This document shows positions 28,167 to 37,552 of a DNA stretch of 64,000 nt, piece by piece. Source of the stretch: Chlamydiota bacterium (lineage in GTDB: Bacteria > Chlamydiota > Chlamydiia > Chlamydiales > RGXB01). The position numbers were made by a program, and so were the translations under genes. The notes beneath the pieces are model-generated. The model saw only the letters and a list, made by a program, of their open reading frames with translations, had not been told where the DNA came from and made no database searches. The stretch is from contig CANLTW010000001.1 in assembly GCA_947494155.1 (NCBI GenBank), forward strand, positions 128,001 through 192,000, given 5' to 3'. Position 1 is the first letter of the stretch; every line of letters starts with the position of its first letter.

Positions 28167-29475
28167 ATGGAATTCTTTTAACCGCCCCCTACTGGAGTCT
28201 TTAATACGCAAAACAAGTTCCGGAGCATATGGGATGCCAGAGGATGAAAATCTTGTTTTCCCCAACCCTTCTAGGGGTTTTGTTTTAGATAAAGGCGTTC
28301 TGTATCTGGAGCGTTTTTACACTCAACAAAAACAATTGGAGCATCTCCTTCTTAAACGCATTTCCGAAACCACCTCCTGCATACCTATTTTAGGGGAGCT
28401 GGATGATCGACTTAACGAAGGGCAAAAAGAGGCTGTCAAAGCGATTTTTGAGACACATACACTCTTGCTCCAGGGGGGGCCGGGCTCAGGGAAAACCTTT
28501 ACTATCTCCCGATTGATTCCCCTTTTTTATGCCTCTTTTGAAAAGGCTATGCTGGTTAAGCCCCGTATTCTCCTTGCCTCTCAAACGGCAAAAGCGGTGC
28601 ACCACTTGGCTAAACAGCTCCCCAAAGAGCTAATTGAGGTCATTCAAGTGGAGACTTTGCATAAAGTTTTACACCTATCTAAAGAGCTTAAAGCTGTTTC
28701 CCCTACTCTCATAGATCACGATCTGGTGATTATCGATGAGTGCTCCATGATTGATGGGGCGATGATGAATCTTTTTTTGTTATCGCTAAAACCAACGACT
28801 AGGGTCATATTTGTTGGAGATCCTCAACAGCTACCCCCTATCGAAGGTGGGGCTCCGTTTAAATGGATGCTCGCAAGCAAAAAAATTAAGACCTGCTTTC
28901 TTGAGGGATCGCATCGTGCAGAAAATAGACATCTAATTGATGAGGCGAATGCCCTATTTAGAGGAGAAAAGCCTAAAACTCAGCCTTTAGATTCTTTCAA
29001 GATTGAGGATGTGCTCCCCCGCTTTTTTCAGCCAACACAGACAAAACCTGAACCCTCTTTTTTGACAAAATACAAGATTCTCTCCTCCTTGCGAGTTGGC
29101 CTTTACGGCTCGCTTGAGCTCTCAAATCAAATCTTTAACTCCCTAAAAGAACAAAAAGGGCGCTATCTTCTAGTCCCCATAATGATTACCCAAAATAGTG
29201 ATCCGATGCGGCTGTACAATGGCCAGGAGGGGGTGCATATTTTCGATAAAAAAGAAAAGGAACAGCTCGCCTATTTTCCTCACCTGGAGAACCCTATTCC
29301 ATTAGCACTCTTGCCCCCTTTCGAGATCAGTTACGCGATCTCTATCCATAAAAGCCAGGGCTCTGAGTACGAGGAGGTGGATATTTTACTCCCCTCCTCC
29401 AAAGAACCCCTTTTAACCGAACACCTTTATACAGCTATGACCCGGGCAAAAAAAGGTTTTCGCCTTTTTGCCTAG
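28156..29475 (+). CDS. recD: RecD (exonuclease V alpha) helicase
   Basis: GGPGSGKT, IIDECSMID, VGDPQQLPPI, LYNGQEG, YAISIHKSQGSEY and LYTAMTRAK. Confidence 0.93.
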   Translation: MSSKWNSFNRPLLESLIRKTSSGAYGMPEDENLVFPNPSRGFVLDKGVLYLERFYTQQKQLEHLLLKRISETTSCIPILGELDDRLNEGQKEAVKAIFETHTLLLQGGPGSGKTFTISRLIPLFYASFEKAMLVKPRILLASQTAKAVHHLAKQLPKELIEVIQVETLHKVLHLSKELKAVSPTLIDHDLVIIDECSMIDGAMMNLFLLSLKPTTRVIFVGDPQQLPPIEGGAPFKWMLASKKIKTCFLEGSHRAENRHLIDEANALFRGEKPKTQPLDSFKIEDVLPRFFQPTQTKPEPSFLTKYKILSSLRVGLYGSLELSNQIFNSLKEQKGRYLLVPIMITQNSDPMRLYNGQEGVHIFDKKEKEQLAYFPHLENPIPLALLPPFEISYAISIHKSQGSEYEEVDILLPSSKEPLLTEHLYTAMTRAKKGFRLFA

Positions 29476-29665
29476 AGCTGCCTGAATCGTGAGTAGAATG
29501 TTTCACTGTTGTTTTTTTCGTTAAAAAATTTTTTGTTGCCCATGGGAGTTGCCTTTAAAGGCTTTAAAACGACAGTTTGAAATTTTTTTAAGTTTTCAAA
29601 CTTCAGAGGAGCTTTTTTGTTTTTACCCTTTTATTTTATCCGAATCTTTCCAAAAGGAGTAAACC

Positions 29666-29694
29666 TTGAGAAATTAAGCAAAAGAGCTTAATCT
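29666..29694 (+). promoter_or_regulatory. Candidate sigma66 promoter of prfC (possibly leaderless transcript)
   Basis: TTGAGA-17 bp-TAATCT, ending 7 nt before ATG 29702; no SD in between. Confidence 0.45.
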
Positions 29695-29701
29695 TATCCT
29701 C

Positions 29702-31297
29702 ATGATCACTCAAAATCACCTAGAATCAGAGATCCTGAAAAGAAGGACTTTTGCCATCATATCCCATCCGGATGCTGGAAAAACTACGCTTACCGAAAAA
29801 CTCCTTCTCTATTCAGACGTACTCAACACCGCCGGAATGGTCGCTGGGAGAAAGGGGAGAAAAGGGGCCCACTCTGACTGGATGAGCATGGAAAGGGAAA
29901 GGGGTATTTCGATCACCGCCTCGGCTATGCAATTTCACTACAAGGACAAAGTGATCAATATTCTCGATACCCCGGGACATGAGGACTTTTCTGTCGATAC
30001 GTATCGCACGCTTACCGCCGCCGATTGCGCCATCATGGTGATTGATGCAGCAAAAGGGGTCGAAAAGCAAACGATTAAGCTTTTTGAAGCTTGCCGCCTC
30101 AGAAAAATCCCGGTGATGACTTTTGTGAATAAAATGGATATGCCCGGATTGGACCCAATCGATCTACTCAACGAGGTGGAAAAAGTTTTAGGTATTTTAG
30201 CCACCCCGATGAATTGGCCAATTGGAGGGGGGAAAGAATTCAAGGGTGTTTTTGACCGGAAAGAAAACAAGCTCATCGTTTTTGAAAAAACCGCTGCAGG
30301 TGGCGCCAAAAAAGCTTTAATGCATAAAGCTTCGAAAGAACAGCTTGATACGCACCTGACTCCACAAGAGATCTCTCAACTCGAATCGGACCTCGAGCTT
30401 TTGGATATGGCAGGCAACCCCTTTTCTTTAGAGCAATTCCTGCAAGCTAAACTCTCCCCCGTTTTTTTTGGGTCAGCCCTCACCAATTTTGGTGTGGAGC
30501 CTTTTTTCGATGCCTTTATCGCATTAGCTCCCTCTCCGAAACCCTACGAAGCGCTTGACAATGCAGGTGGACCCGTGTTTATCGATCCGACTCAATCCCC
30601 TTTCAGTGCCTATTGTTTTAAATTACAAGCAAACCTGGATAAACACCACCGCGGTGTCACCGCCTTTTTCCGAATTGTATCGGGTCTTTTTGAAAAAGAT
30701 ATGCTTGTTTTGAATCACCGATTAAAGACATCTTCCCGTATTTCCAGACCAAGCCAACTCAGCGGAAGCGATCAGGTAACTATAGAATCGGCTGTAGCTG
30801 GTGATATCATCGGTATTGCATCCAACGGCTCTTTTCAGATTAACGATACGATCTCGACCACAAAAGGGGGCTTTCGCTTCAAACCCCTTCCCCAGTTCCA
30901 ACCCGAATTTTTTGCAAGAATTCGTCCAAAAGAGGTCTCGGGCCGTAAGTCTTTTGATAAAGGGTGCGAACAGCTTTCGCATGAGGGGGCTATTTTACTT
31001 CTTAAAGAGGAAAACTCCCCCGATCCTATCTTTGCTGCGGTGGGTCGACTGCAATTTGAGGTGCTTGAGTGGCGTTTAAAGGATGAATACAATGTCGAAA
31101 CATCCATCACTCCCCTCTCCTTCCAATGCTCTGCATGGCTTGTGGGGGATCTGAAAACTTTCAAAAAAAATACGACGGCAATTATCGCTTTTGACCTCGA
31201 AAAACGACCTATCGTCCTCTTTCAGAGCACATGGGAAAAAGAGTATGCAATCAAACAAAATCCTCACCATAAGCTTGTAGATATCCTAGAATCTTAG
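29702..31297 (+). CDS. prfC: Peptide chain release factor 3
   Basis: RRTFAIISHPDAGKTTLTEKLL, SDWMSMERERGISI, DTPGHEDFS, NKMD and AVGRLQFEV. Confidence 0.96.
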   Translation: MITQNHLESEILKRRTFAIISHPDAGKTTLTEKLLLYSDVLNTAGMVAGRKGRKGAHSDWMSMERERGISITASAMQFHYKDKVINILDTPGHEDFSVDTYRTLTAADCAIMVIDAAKGVEKQTIKLFEACRLRKIPVMTFVNKMDMPGLDPIDLLNEVEKVLGILATPMNWPIGGGKEFKGVFDRKENKLIVFEKTAAGGAKKALMHKASKEQLDTHLTPQEISQLESDLELLDMAGNPFSLEQFLQAKLSPVFFGSALTNFGVEPFFDAFIALAPSPKPYEALDNAGGPVFIDPTQSPFSAYCFKLQANLDKHHRGVTAFFRIVSGLFEKDMLVLNHRLKTSSRISRPSQLSGSDQVTIESAVAGDIIGIASNGSFQINDTISTTKGGFRFKPLPQFQPEFFARIRPKEVSGRKSFDKGCEQLSHEGAILLLKEENSPDPIFAAVGRLQFEVLEWRLKDEYNVETSITPLSFQCSAWLVGDLKTFKKNTTAIIAFDLEKRPIVLFQSTWEKEYAIKQNPHHKLVDILES

Positions 31298-33069
31298 ATT
31301 CTTTGCCAAAGCCTTGGTGTTGTGTACGGTCCGCCGTATTGGAAAGGTCTTGTATATACCGTAAAGACCTCTTTTCCATCATAGAGGTGGATCCATTCCA
31401 ACATCGGGAAGATGTAGGAGCCATCGATTGTGCGACGGAATACCCCTATCTCCATAGTTTTAGGATCTAGTTGGAACGCTAAATATATTGGCTTTTGATC
31501 CGCTGTTTCCCAGTTTGAATCTCCAAAAATTACAAAAGGGCATCTTGCATGGAAACGGGAAAAAAAAGCCTCATAGGCTTTCTGTAAACCAAATGTCTTC
31601 TCTAATGCAGCAAATACATGCACCTCTTTTTCTAAACTCTTTTTACTTGGCTGAATTAAATGATCCCTCACCCAGGTGTAGCTAAACCCCGGATCCTCCC
31701 ACCCCTCCCGAAATGTTTCTGCTCCCGGAATAAGGGCAAACGCATGCGTTGGAAAAAGCGCTAGAAGGCGTTTTGCCGGAGTATTTTGGAAAAGTGCTAG
31801 AGTATCTCCCGAAAGAGATTTTATGAGGTCCAAGTAAAAAACTAATAGGTCTTGTGGGTTTTCAGGGTTGGATTCCTCTTTTTGAAAAGGGCCCTTTGTT
31901 TCAAAATACCCTTCCAAAAGGGTCTCCAAAGAACCCCCGGAAGGGTATGCCCAAGGTTGTTTACTCTCTATACGCCGACGAAAAGGGATCGATTGTAACA
32001 TCTGCTGAACAATGATCCCACTTGATTCAATTAGACCCTGTAGTTGCGGATGATCCACCACCATACGCCGCTCAAAGCTTAAAAAAAACTCTTTCACCGC
32101 AAAAATATAGGTCTCTAAATCTTTTAATCGAATGTGTTGGGAAATATTTTTTAATCCGTTTTTCCAAACCAGGCGAAATCCCGCCTCGGAATCCTGGTAG
32201 TTTTCTTTTTTTTCTCCAGCGATCTCAGGATCGTATACCTCATAAAATTCCTCTAAAAGGGCCAAATCGAGCTCCTCAAAAAAAAGTTTTGACCCCTCCT
32301 GAATATCAATGAGCTTTTTTTTCACCTCCTGCGCATCCAGCTCCAACATGTCCAAACGCATATTCTCCAGCTGCATTTCGGCCTGCACACGTCGCATGTC
32401 CTCTTCTCTATAGGCACTATTTAAACGCAGCTGCGCCCCTTTTAAAGCCGATTCATGATCCCGTATATCCTGAAATTTTTTTTGATACGATTCTTTTAAA
32501 ACGACAAAATTTTTTTCAAACTGCTCCCACAACGCTCTGCCAAGCCCCTCGGGTTCATTTGGGTCTAGACCCAAAGAGGAGTGAAAATTATAACGATAGG
32601 CTTTATGGTCATAATCAGTAAGAGAGGCTATAGTGAACTCCCAAGCCTTTAATAGAGGGTATCCTGCGCCATAAAAGGGGCTTAAAGGTGCGATGCATTC
32701 ATGCCCCTCAACAACTCTTACAAGCCCTCCCCTATAAAGAATGTCTGCAAGATCCTTGATCAGTAAATCAGCCCGCTCTTTTTGGATCAAAATAGCAACG
32801 CAAGTAGCAAAACAGGACCCCACACTCTGCCTTAAGGGGAAACGTAAAGCTTTTTCTACTGATTCTTGAACGTGAGAGGGCTCTAAAGGGGTAAAATCGT
32901 TCAACCCTAAAGATTTCCTGATCAGCATCTGCTGATAGGCCCCCTCGGGAACCTGAGCAAAACCTGAGATATCAAAACGCTCTTTATCCATAGTAAAATA
33001 TTCTCTTAACACAATTTCTTTTTCTAGGGAAAACCCTTGATCGAACAAAACATCTCTTCTAGGTAGCAA
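31294..33069 (-). CDS. Hypothetical protein with papain/calpain-like motifs and an internal coiled coil
   Basis: 591-aa ORF with LRQSVGSCFAT, YPSGG, THAFAL and FGDSNW. Start codon uncertain (TTG 33069 or the later ATG of MDKERF). Confidence 0.6.
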   Translation of the reverse strand: MLPRRDVLFDQGFSLEKEIVLREYFTMDKERFDISGFAQVPEGAYQQMLIRKSLGLNDFTPLEPSHVQESVEKALRFPLRQSVGSCFATCVAILIQKERADLLIKDLADILYRGGLVRVVEGHECIAPLSPFYGAGYPLLKAWEFTIASLTDYDHKAYRYNFHSSLGLDPNEPEGLGRALWEQFEKNFVVLKESYQKKFQDIRDHESALKGAQLRLNSAYREEDMRRVQAEMQLENMRLDMLELDAQEVKKKLIDIQEGSKLFFEELDLALLEEFYEVYDPEIAGEKKENYQDSEAGFRLVWKNGLKNISQHIRLKDLETYIFAVKEFFLSFERRMVVDHPQLQGLIESSGIIVQQMLQSIPFRRRIESKQPWAYPSGGSLETLLEGYFETKGPFQKEESNPENPQDLLVFYLDLIKSLSGDTLALFQNTPAKRLLALFPTHAFALIPGAETFREGWEDPGFSYTWVRDHLIQPSKKSLEKEVHVFAALEKTFGLQKAYEAFFSRFHARCPFVIFGDSNWETADQKPIYLAFQLDPKTMEIGVFRRTIDGSYIFPMLEWIHLYDGKEVFTVYTRPFQYGGPYTTPRLWQRI

Positions 33070-33186
33070 AACCTCGGCTAAATTATTTCAAAAAAAACAA
33101 TTCCTTAATCCTCCTTCAGAGTAGTCATTTAAGAAAATTTATGGTAATCTGGTTGGATACTTACCGTATAAAGAAAAGAGTAGATT

Positions 33187-35103
33187 ATGCGTATCATACA
33201 TAAAGGAGCAGAAAAGACCCTAATTGAGATTGCCAGAGACCATCACCAAACGGCAGCTGACATGGCAATTACCGCTACACTCAACGGAACGCAAACCGAC
33301 CTTTTCACAACGGCGAAAGAGGGTGACGTGATCGAATTTTTCGATTTCTCCACCCCTCTTGGAAAAGAGACTTTCTGGCACTCTTCTGCACACGTTTTAG
33401 CCCAAGCTATTCTGCGTTTGTATCCTGAGGCAAAACCGACCATTGGGCCTGCAATTGAGCAGGGTTTTTATTACGATTTCTACAATCTGTCTATCTCTGA
33501 ACACGATTTCAAAAAAATCGAGGAGATGGTTCAAGAGGTGGTAAACGAAAATTTCAAGCCCGAGAGGATGGAATTCAAAAATAAAAAAGAGGCTCTCGAG
33601 GCATTCAAAGAGAACCGCTTCAAATGCGAATTGATCCAAAGCTTTGAGGAGGGATCGCCTATTACTGCCTATCGGCAAGGGGAATTTTTCGATCTTTGTC
33701 GCGGCCCACACCTGTTTAACATCGGTAAAGTGCGAGCGATGAAACTCACAAAAGTTTCAGGCGCCTACTGGAAGGGGGATGCGAATAATCCGGTTCTTAC
33801 ACGTGTCTACGGGATCTCTTTTCCCGATAAAAAACAGCTTAAAGCTTATTTGGATCATATTGAGGAGGCGAAAAAACGGGATCACAGGAAATTGGGTGCA
33901 GAGCTCGATCTCTACTCTTTTCACGAATTTGGACCGGGAATGCCTTTTTTCCACCCCAGAGGGATGTTGATGCTCAACAAACTGATCGGTTATTGGAGAG
34001 ATTTGCAATATAAGGCCGGTTATATCGAGATCAAAACACCTATCCTTTTGAACCAGGGCTTGTGGGAGCAATCGGGCCATTGGGCAAATTATAGAGAAAA
34101 CATGTACACCACCGAGGTGGAAAAGGCAACATTCGCTGTAAAGCCTATGAATTGCCCCGGTTGCATGCTCTATTATAGCTGCAAGCAGCACAGTTATAGA
34201 GAATTTCCTCTGAGGGTGATGGAATTTGGTCAAGTACATCGCCACGAGTTTTCTGGAGCCCTTTCGGGGCTGTTTAGAGTCCGCTCTTTTGTACAAGACG
34301 ATGCCCATATTTTCATGCGCGAAGATCAGATTGAGTCAGAAATCCTCAATGTTTTGAAGCTGGTAGAAATCCTTTACTCCACTTTTGGACTGAAGTACTC
34401 CCTAGAGCTCTCTACAAGACCTGAAAAAAGCATTGGAACCGATCAGATGTGGGATGTAGCTACGCAAGGCCTTAGGAAGGCTCTGGTTGCATCCGGTCAC
34501 ACTTTCAAGATCAACGAGGGGGATGGAGCTTTTTATGGCCCCAAAATCGACTTTAAGATCTTAGATGCACTCGATCGCAAATGGCAATGCGGAACAATTC
34601 AGCTCGACATGTTCTTGCCAGAACGTTTTCATCTGAAATACACCGATGCCGATGGGCAAGAAAAGGTGCCTGTTATGATTCATAGAGCTATTTTGGGTTC
34701 GATTGAGCGCTTTTTGGGGATCATGGTGGAGCACTTTGCCGGTAAATTTCCTCTTTGGATCAGCCCAAGACAACTTGTGATCATCCCTGTTACCGATCGT
34801 CATGTTGCCTACGGGGAGAGCATTAAAGAGGTATTTGAAACCCAAGGATTTTTTGTAGATATCGATGCGACAAACGAGTCCGTAAGCAAAAAAATCCGCA
34901 ATGCACAGCTTCTGCAATACAACTATATGCTCATTTTGGGAGACAAAGAGACCGAACAGGAGACCATCTCGATTCGCGCACGCTCTAATGAAATGTTGAA
35001 CGATCTAAAGCTGCAAACCGTGTTAGATAGCCTCAAAGAAGAGGTTGCCACAAAATCCTTAAAAACCTTATTACCTTTTGGTGAGGTTTCCACATGCAAA
35101 TAA
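33187..35103 (+). CDS. thrS: Threonine--tRNA ligase
   Basis: HSSAHVLAQA, DLCRGPH, RDHRKLG, KPMNCP, QDDAHIF, AFYGPKID and HRAILGSIERF. Confidence 0.97.
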   Translation: MRIIHKGAEKTLIEIARDHHQTAADMAITATLNGTQTDLFTTAKEGDVIEFFDFSTPLGKETFWHSSAHVLAQAILRLYPEAKPTIGPAIEQGFYYDFYNLSISEHDFKKIEEMVQEVVNENFKPERMEFKNKKEALEAFKENRFKCELIQSFEEGSPITAYRQGEFFDLCRGPHLFNIGKVRAMKLTKVSGAYWKGDANNPVLTRVYGISFPDKKQLKAYLDHIEEAKKRDHRKLGAELDLYSFHEFGPGMPFFHPRGMLMLNKLIGYWRDLQYKAGYIEIKTPILLNQGLWEQSGHWANYRENMYTTEVEKATFAVKPMNCPGCMLYYSCKQHSYREFPLRVMEFGQVHRHEFSGALSGLFRVRSFVQDDAHIFMREDQIESEILNVLKLVEILYSTFGLKYSLELSTRPEKSIGTDQMWDVATQGLRKALVASGHTFKINEGDGAFYGPKIDFKILDALDRKWQCGTIQLDMFLPERFHLKYTDADGQEKVPVMIHRAILGSIERFLGIMVEHFAGKFPLWISPRQLVIIPVTDRHVAYGESIKEVFETQGFFVDIDATNESVSKKIRNAQLLQYNYMLILGDKETEQETISIRARSNEMLNDLKLQTVLDSLKEEVATKSLKTLLPFGEVSTCK

Positions 35104-35906
35104 TTACCGTAGCCAGCTTCAAAGGGGGTACTGCAAAGACCTCCGTCTCTTTGAATCTCGGTGCCGTCCTGGCGAAAATTCATAAGAAAAAAGTTCTGCT
35201 TATCGATTTTGATGCGCAAAGCAACTTGACCACCGGGCTTGGTTTTGACCCCGATGCGTACGACTCTTTAGCACCCGTTTTACAAGGGGCCAAACAACTC
35301 GATGAAGTGATCTTGGAGACAGAGACAAAGAACCTTCACCTTGTTCCGGCAGATACCTGGTTGGAAAGGATAGAGGTGACCGAACAACTGGCGCAGGATC
35401 GCTACTCTCATGAGAGGCTTAAAGGGATTCTTGGTAAAGCTGATTACGACTTTGTGATCATCGATACACCCCCCTCTTTGTGCTGGCTGACAGAGTCTGC
35501 GATGATTGCCTCCAACAAGTGTTTAATCTGCGCGACCCCAGAGTTTTACAGCGTGAAAGGGTTATATAGATTAGGGATCTTTATCAACCAAATCAGCAAA
35601 CGCCACCCTGTAGAAGTTTTGGGAGTTCTTCTCTCTTTTTGGAATGAAAGAGGCAAAAGCAACCAAGCATTTTTAAATGTGATTGAAGAGACTTTCCCGC
35701 AAAAAATCTTGAAAACCAAAATCCGTCGCGATAAGGTCGTAGCAGATGCTTCGATTCGTGGCAGGCCAATCGTGGAGATTTCTCGCACATCTCGTGCTCT
35801 TGAAGACTTCAAAAAATTGGCCCGAGAAGTGCTTCGTGGATGTAAAACAGATTTACATCTAAAAGAGATCGAAGAAGAGAAGGAATTGGTTCTAGAGGAA
35901 GTCTAA
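35094..35906 (+). CDS. parA: ParA family ATPase (chlamydial pGP5-like)
   Basis: Deviant Walker A FKGGTAKTS, LLIDFDAQSNLT and IIDTPPSL; directly after thrS. Confidence 0.88.
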   Translation: MQIITVASFKGGTAKTSVSLNLGAVLAKIHKKKVLLIDFDAQSNLTTGLGFDPDAYDSLAPVLQGAKQLDEVILETETKNLHLVPADTWLERIEVTEQLAQDRYSHERLKGILGKADYDFVIIDTPPSLCWLTESAMIASNKCLICATPEFYSVKGLYRLGIFINQISKRHPVEVLGVLLSFWNERGKSNQAFLNVIEETFPQKILKTKIRRDKVVADASIRGRPIVEISRTSRALEDFKKLAREVLRGCKTDLHLKEIEEEKELVLEEV

Positions 35907-36643
35907 TGGATGATGTGAATGCCATCTTAAAAGAGCGCTTGAAGAAAAACGAAAGCCTTTCAAAGAAAATGGATTCTTTGGCTGAGCGCTCAAACAAAGG
36001 TCAGCTTTCTAGCTTTGCCGGTGTTTTTAAGGTGATTCCGCTTCAAGACCAAGAGGTTGCTGAAATACGCAGCCTCATCGAATTCTATAAAGGAAAAATA
36101 CAAGATACCTCTTCAGACCTCGATGCACTCCTTTCTATCACTTCTGAGGTAAAGGCCATCAATTCCCAAGCAATTATTTTGCATGGAGAGCGAATCAAAA
36201 AGGCTCAAGAGCTCCTAAAAAACTATAAAGACGGAGCTTTTTCCCAATGGCTCCTTTTTGCCTATGGGAACAGACAAACACCTTACAATTTTTTACAATA
36301 CTACGAATTTTACAAATCGCTTCCGCAACCTCTCAAAGAGAGGCTTACAGATCTACCCAAGCAGGCAATTTATACTTTGGCTACACGTCAAGGAGATCTT
36401 GAAACAAAACAAGAGTTAGTGCGTACTTATCAAGGGGAATCAAAAGAGATCTTTTTAGAAAAAATACGCAATGCCTTCCCTCTCTCATTAGAGGATAAAC
36501 GCAGATCAACTCTCGCAGATCAAATCGCCCTTTCATTAGAAAGGCTCCTTGATAAGGCTTCTCTAAAGCCTCTCAAACTCTCCCAGATCGAAAAAAAGAG
36601 GTTGCATGCGCTGCTTAATGATTTAAATAAGATATTGCAATAA
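35906..36643 (+). CDS. Chlamydial pGP6-D family protein (chromosomal)
   Basis: EVKAINSQAIILHGERIKKAQELLKNYKDGAFSQWL..YGNRQTPYNFLQYYE and AIYTLATRQG; coupled to parA by TAATG. Confidence 0.85.
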   Translation: MDDVNAILKERLKKNESLSKKMDSLAERSNKGQLSSFAGVFKVIPLQDQEVAEIRSLIEFYKGKIQDTSSDLDALLSITSEVKAINSQAIILHGERIKKAQELLKNYKDGAFSQWLLFAYGNRQTPYNFLQYYEFYKSLPQPLKERLTDLPKQAIYTLATRQGDLETKQELVRTYQGESKEIFLEKIRNAFPLSLEDKRRSTLADQIALSLERLLDKASLKPLKLSQIEKKRLHALLNDLNKILQ

Positions 36644-36670
36644 AGAGCCTTTTTTTCTATTTGAAGGGGT

Positions 36671-37195
36671 ATGCAACCCCTCAAAATTATCCCTTTATTG
36701 GGTCCAAATCACTCCTTCACTGAAGAGCAGATCGACTGTTTTCACCTCCATTTGAAAAGCCTGGGGGTAGCTTTTGTCCCATTTTTGGATACATGTTTTT
36801 CCTCCTTACCCCATCAAATTTTAAAAATTTTAAAAGAGGAAAAAAGTAGCGTTGTTCTTTTAGAGCCCTCTTTAAGAATTGTTACACAGACTCACCGTTT
36901 TTTTGCTCCTGTATGTGATATGGCTTGTTTTGTAAATCCAAAAAGTAGAGCAGGTAGCGAAAATTTTATTGATCGGGATTTTCTCCTTTTTCATCCTTTT
37001 GAAAATACTGTAAATCTGATCGAGGATTGGGCAAAAAAATTAGAATCAAAAGGGAAACTGAATCTCTTTTGCTGTTTATCGCTTGCCATCAAAAAAAGAG
37101 CACTCTCGACAAGGATATTTTCGTTAGATCCGCTCCTAAAAAAAGAGGCTGTCAACGACAGCCCTTTTTTTCACAGATGGTTAGTAAAAATTTAA
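36671..37195 (+). CDS. Hypothetical protein, weak resemblance to nucleotide-sugar transferase-like proteins
   Basis: 174-aa ORF filling the gap between genes; GGGG SD-like sequence upstream. Confidence 0.55.
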   Translation: MQPLKIIPLLGPNHSFTEEQIDCFHLHLKSLGVAFVPFLDTCFSSLPHQILKILKEEKSSVVLLEPSLRIVTQTHRFFAPVCDMACFVNPKSRAGSENFIDRDFLLFHPFENTVNLIEDWAKKLESKGKLNLFCCLSLAIKKRALSTRIFSLDPLLKKEAVNDSPFFHRWLVKI

Positions 37196-37552
37196 TTACT
37201 CTTCTTCTTCAAGGTCCAAAGCCAGCTTCCAGCTTTTTGCCTCTTCCAGATATTTTTTCATGAATTGACGAAAAAGGGTATAGCGATTTGTTTTTTGAAA
37301 CTCTTTAACAAATAACAGCTCTTTTTTTTCGCTTTCATTGAAACGGATACAAGGATTTTTTTGCATTCCTAAGCTTTTTAGGACTTGCATATCCTCAGTA
37401 ATTTGTGGGTCTTGCGAAATAGAGGACTGCACTTTCCAGGTATCGTTATTTCCACCTAGTTTAAAAGAAACTTCACACTCTCCCCATTGCATGCGGATCG
37501 CTTTTTTTCTGTGCAACTCTTCGGTTATGTAGACAAAATTTTGATAACTCAT
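37196..37552 (-). CDS. Hypothetical protein
   Basis: 118-aa ORF with ATGA overlap to the upstream Rsm22-like gene. Confidence 0.7.
   Translation of the reverse strand: MSYQNFVYITEELHRKKAIRMQWGECEVSFKLGGNNDTWKVQSSISQDPQITEDMQVLKSLGMQKNPCIRFNESEKKELLFVKEFQKTNRYTLFRQFMKKYLEEAKSWKLALDLEEEE

Noticed and set aside
29495..29512. parS-like site (ATGTTTCAC)
   Set aside because: Only half of the TGTTTCACGTGAAACA palindrome is present.
29472..29543. Small minus-strand ORF between recD and prfC
   Set aside because: Only 23 codons from the ATG, with no SD or recognisable motif.
35094..36643. Integrated plasmid suggested by pGP5/pGP6-like genes
   Set aside because: This pair after thrS is a known chromosomal arrangement in chlamydiae, and no plasmid integrase, helicase or iterons are visible.
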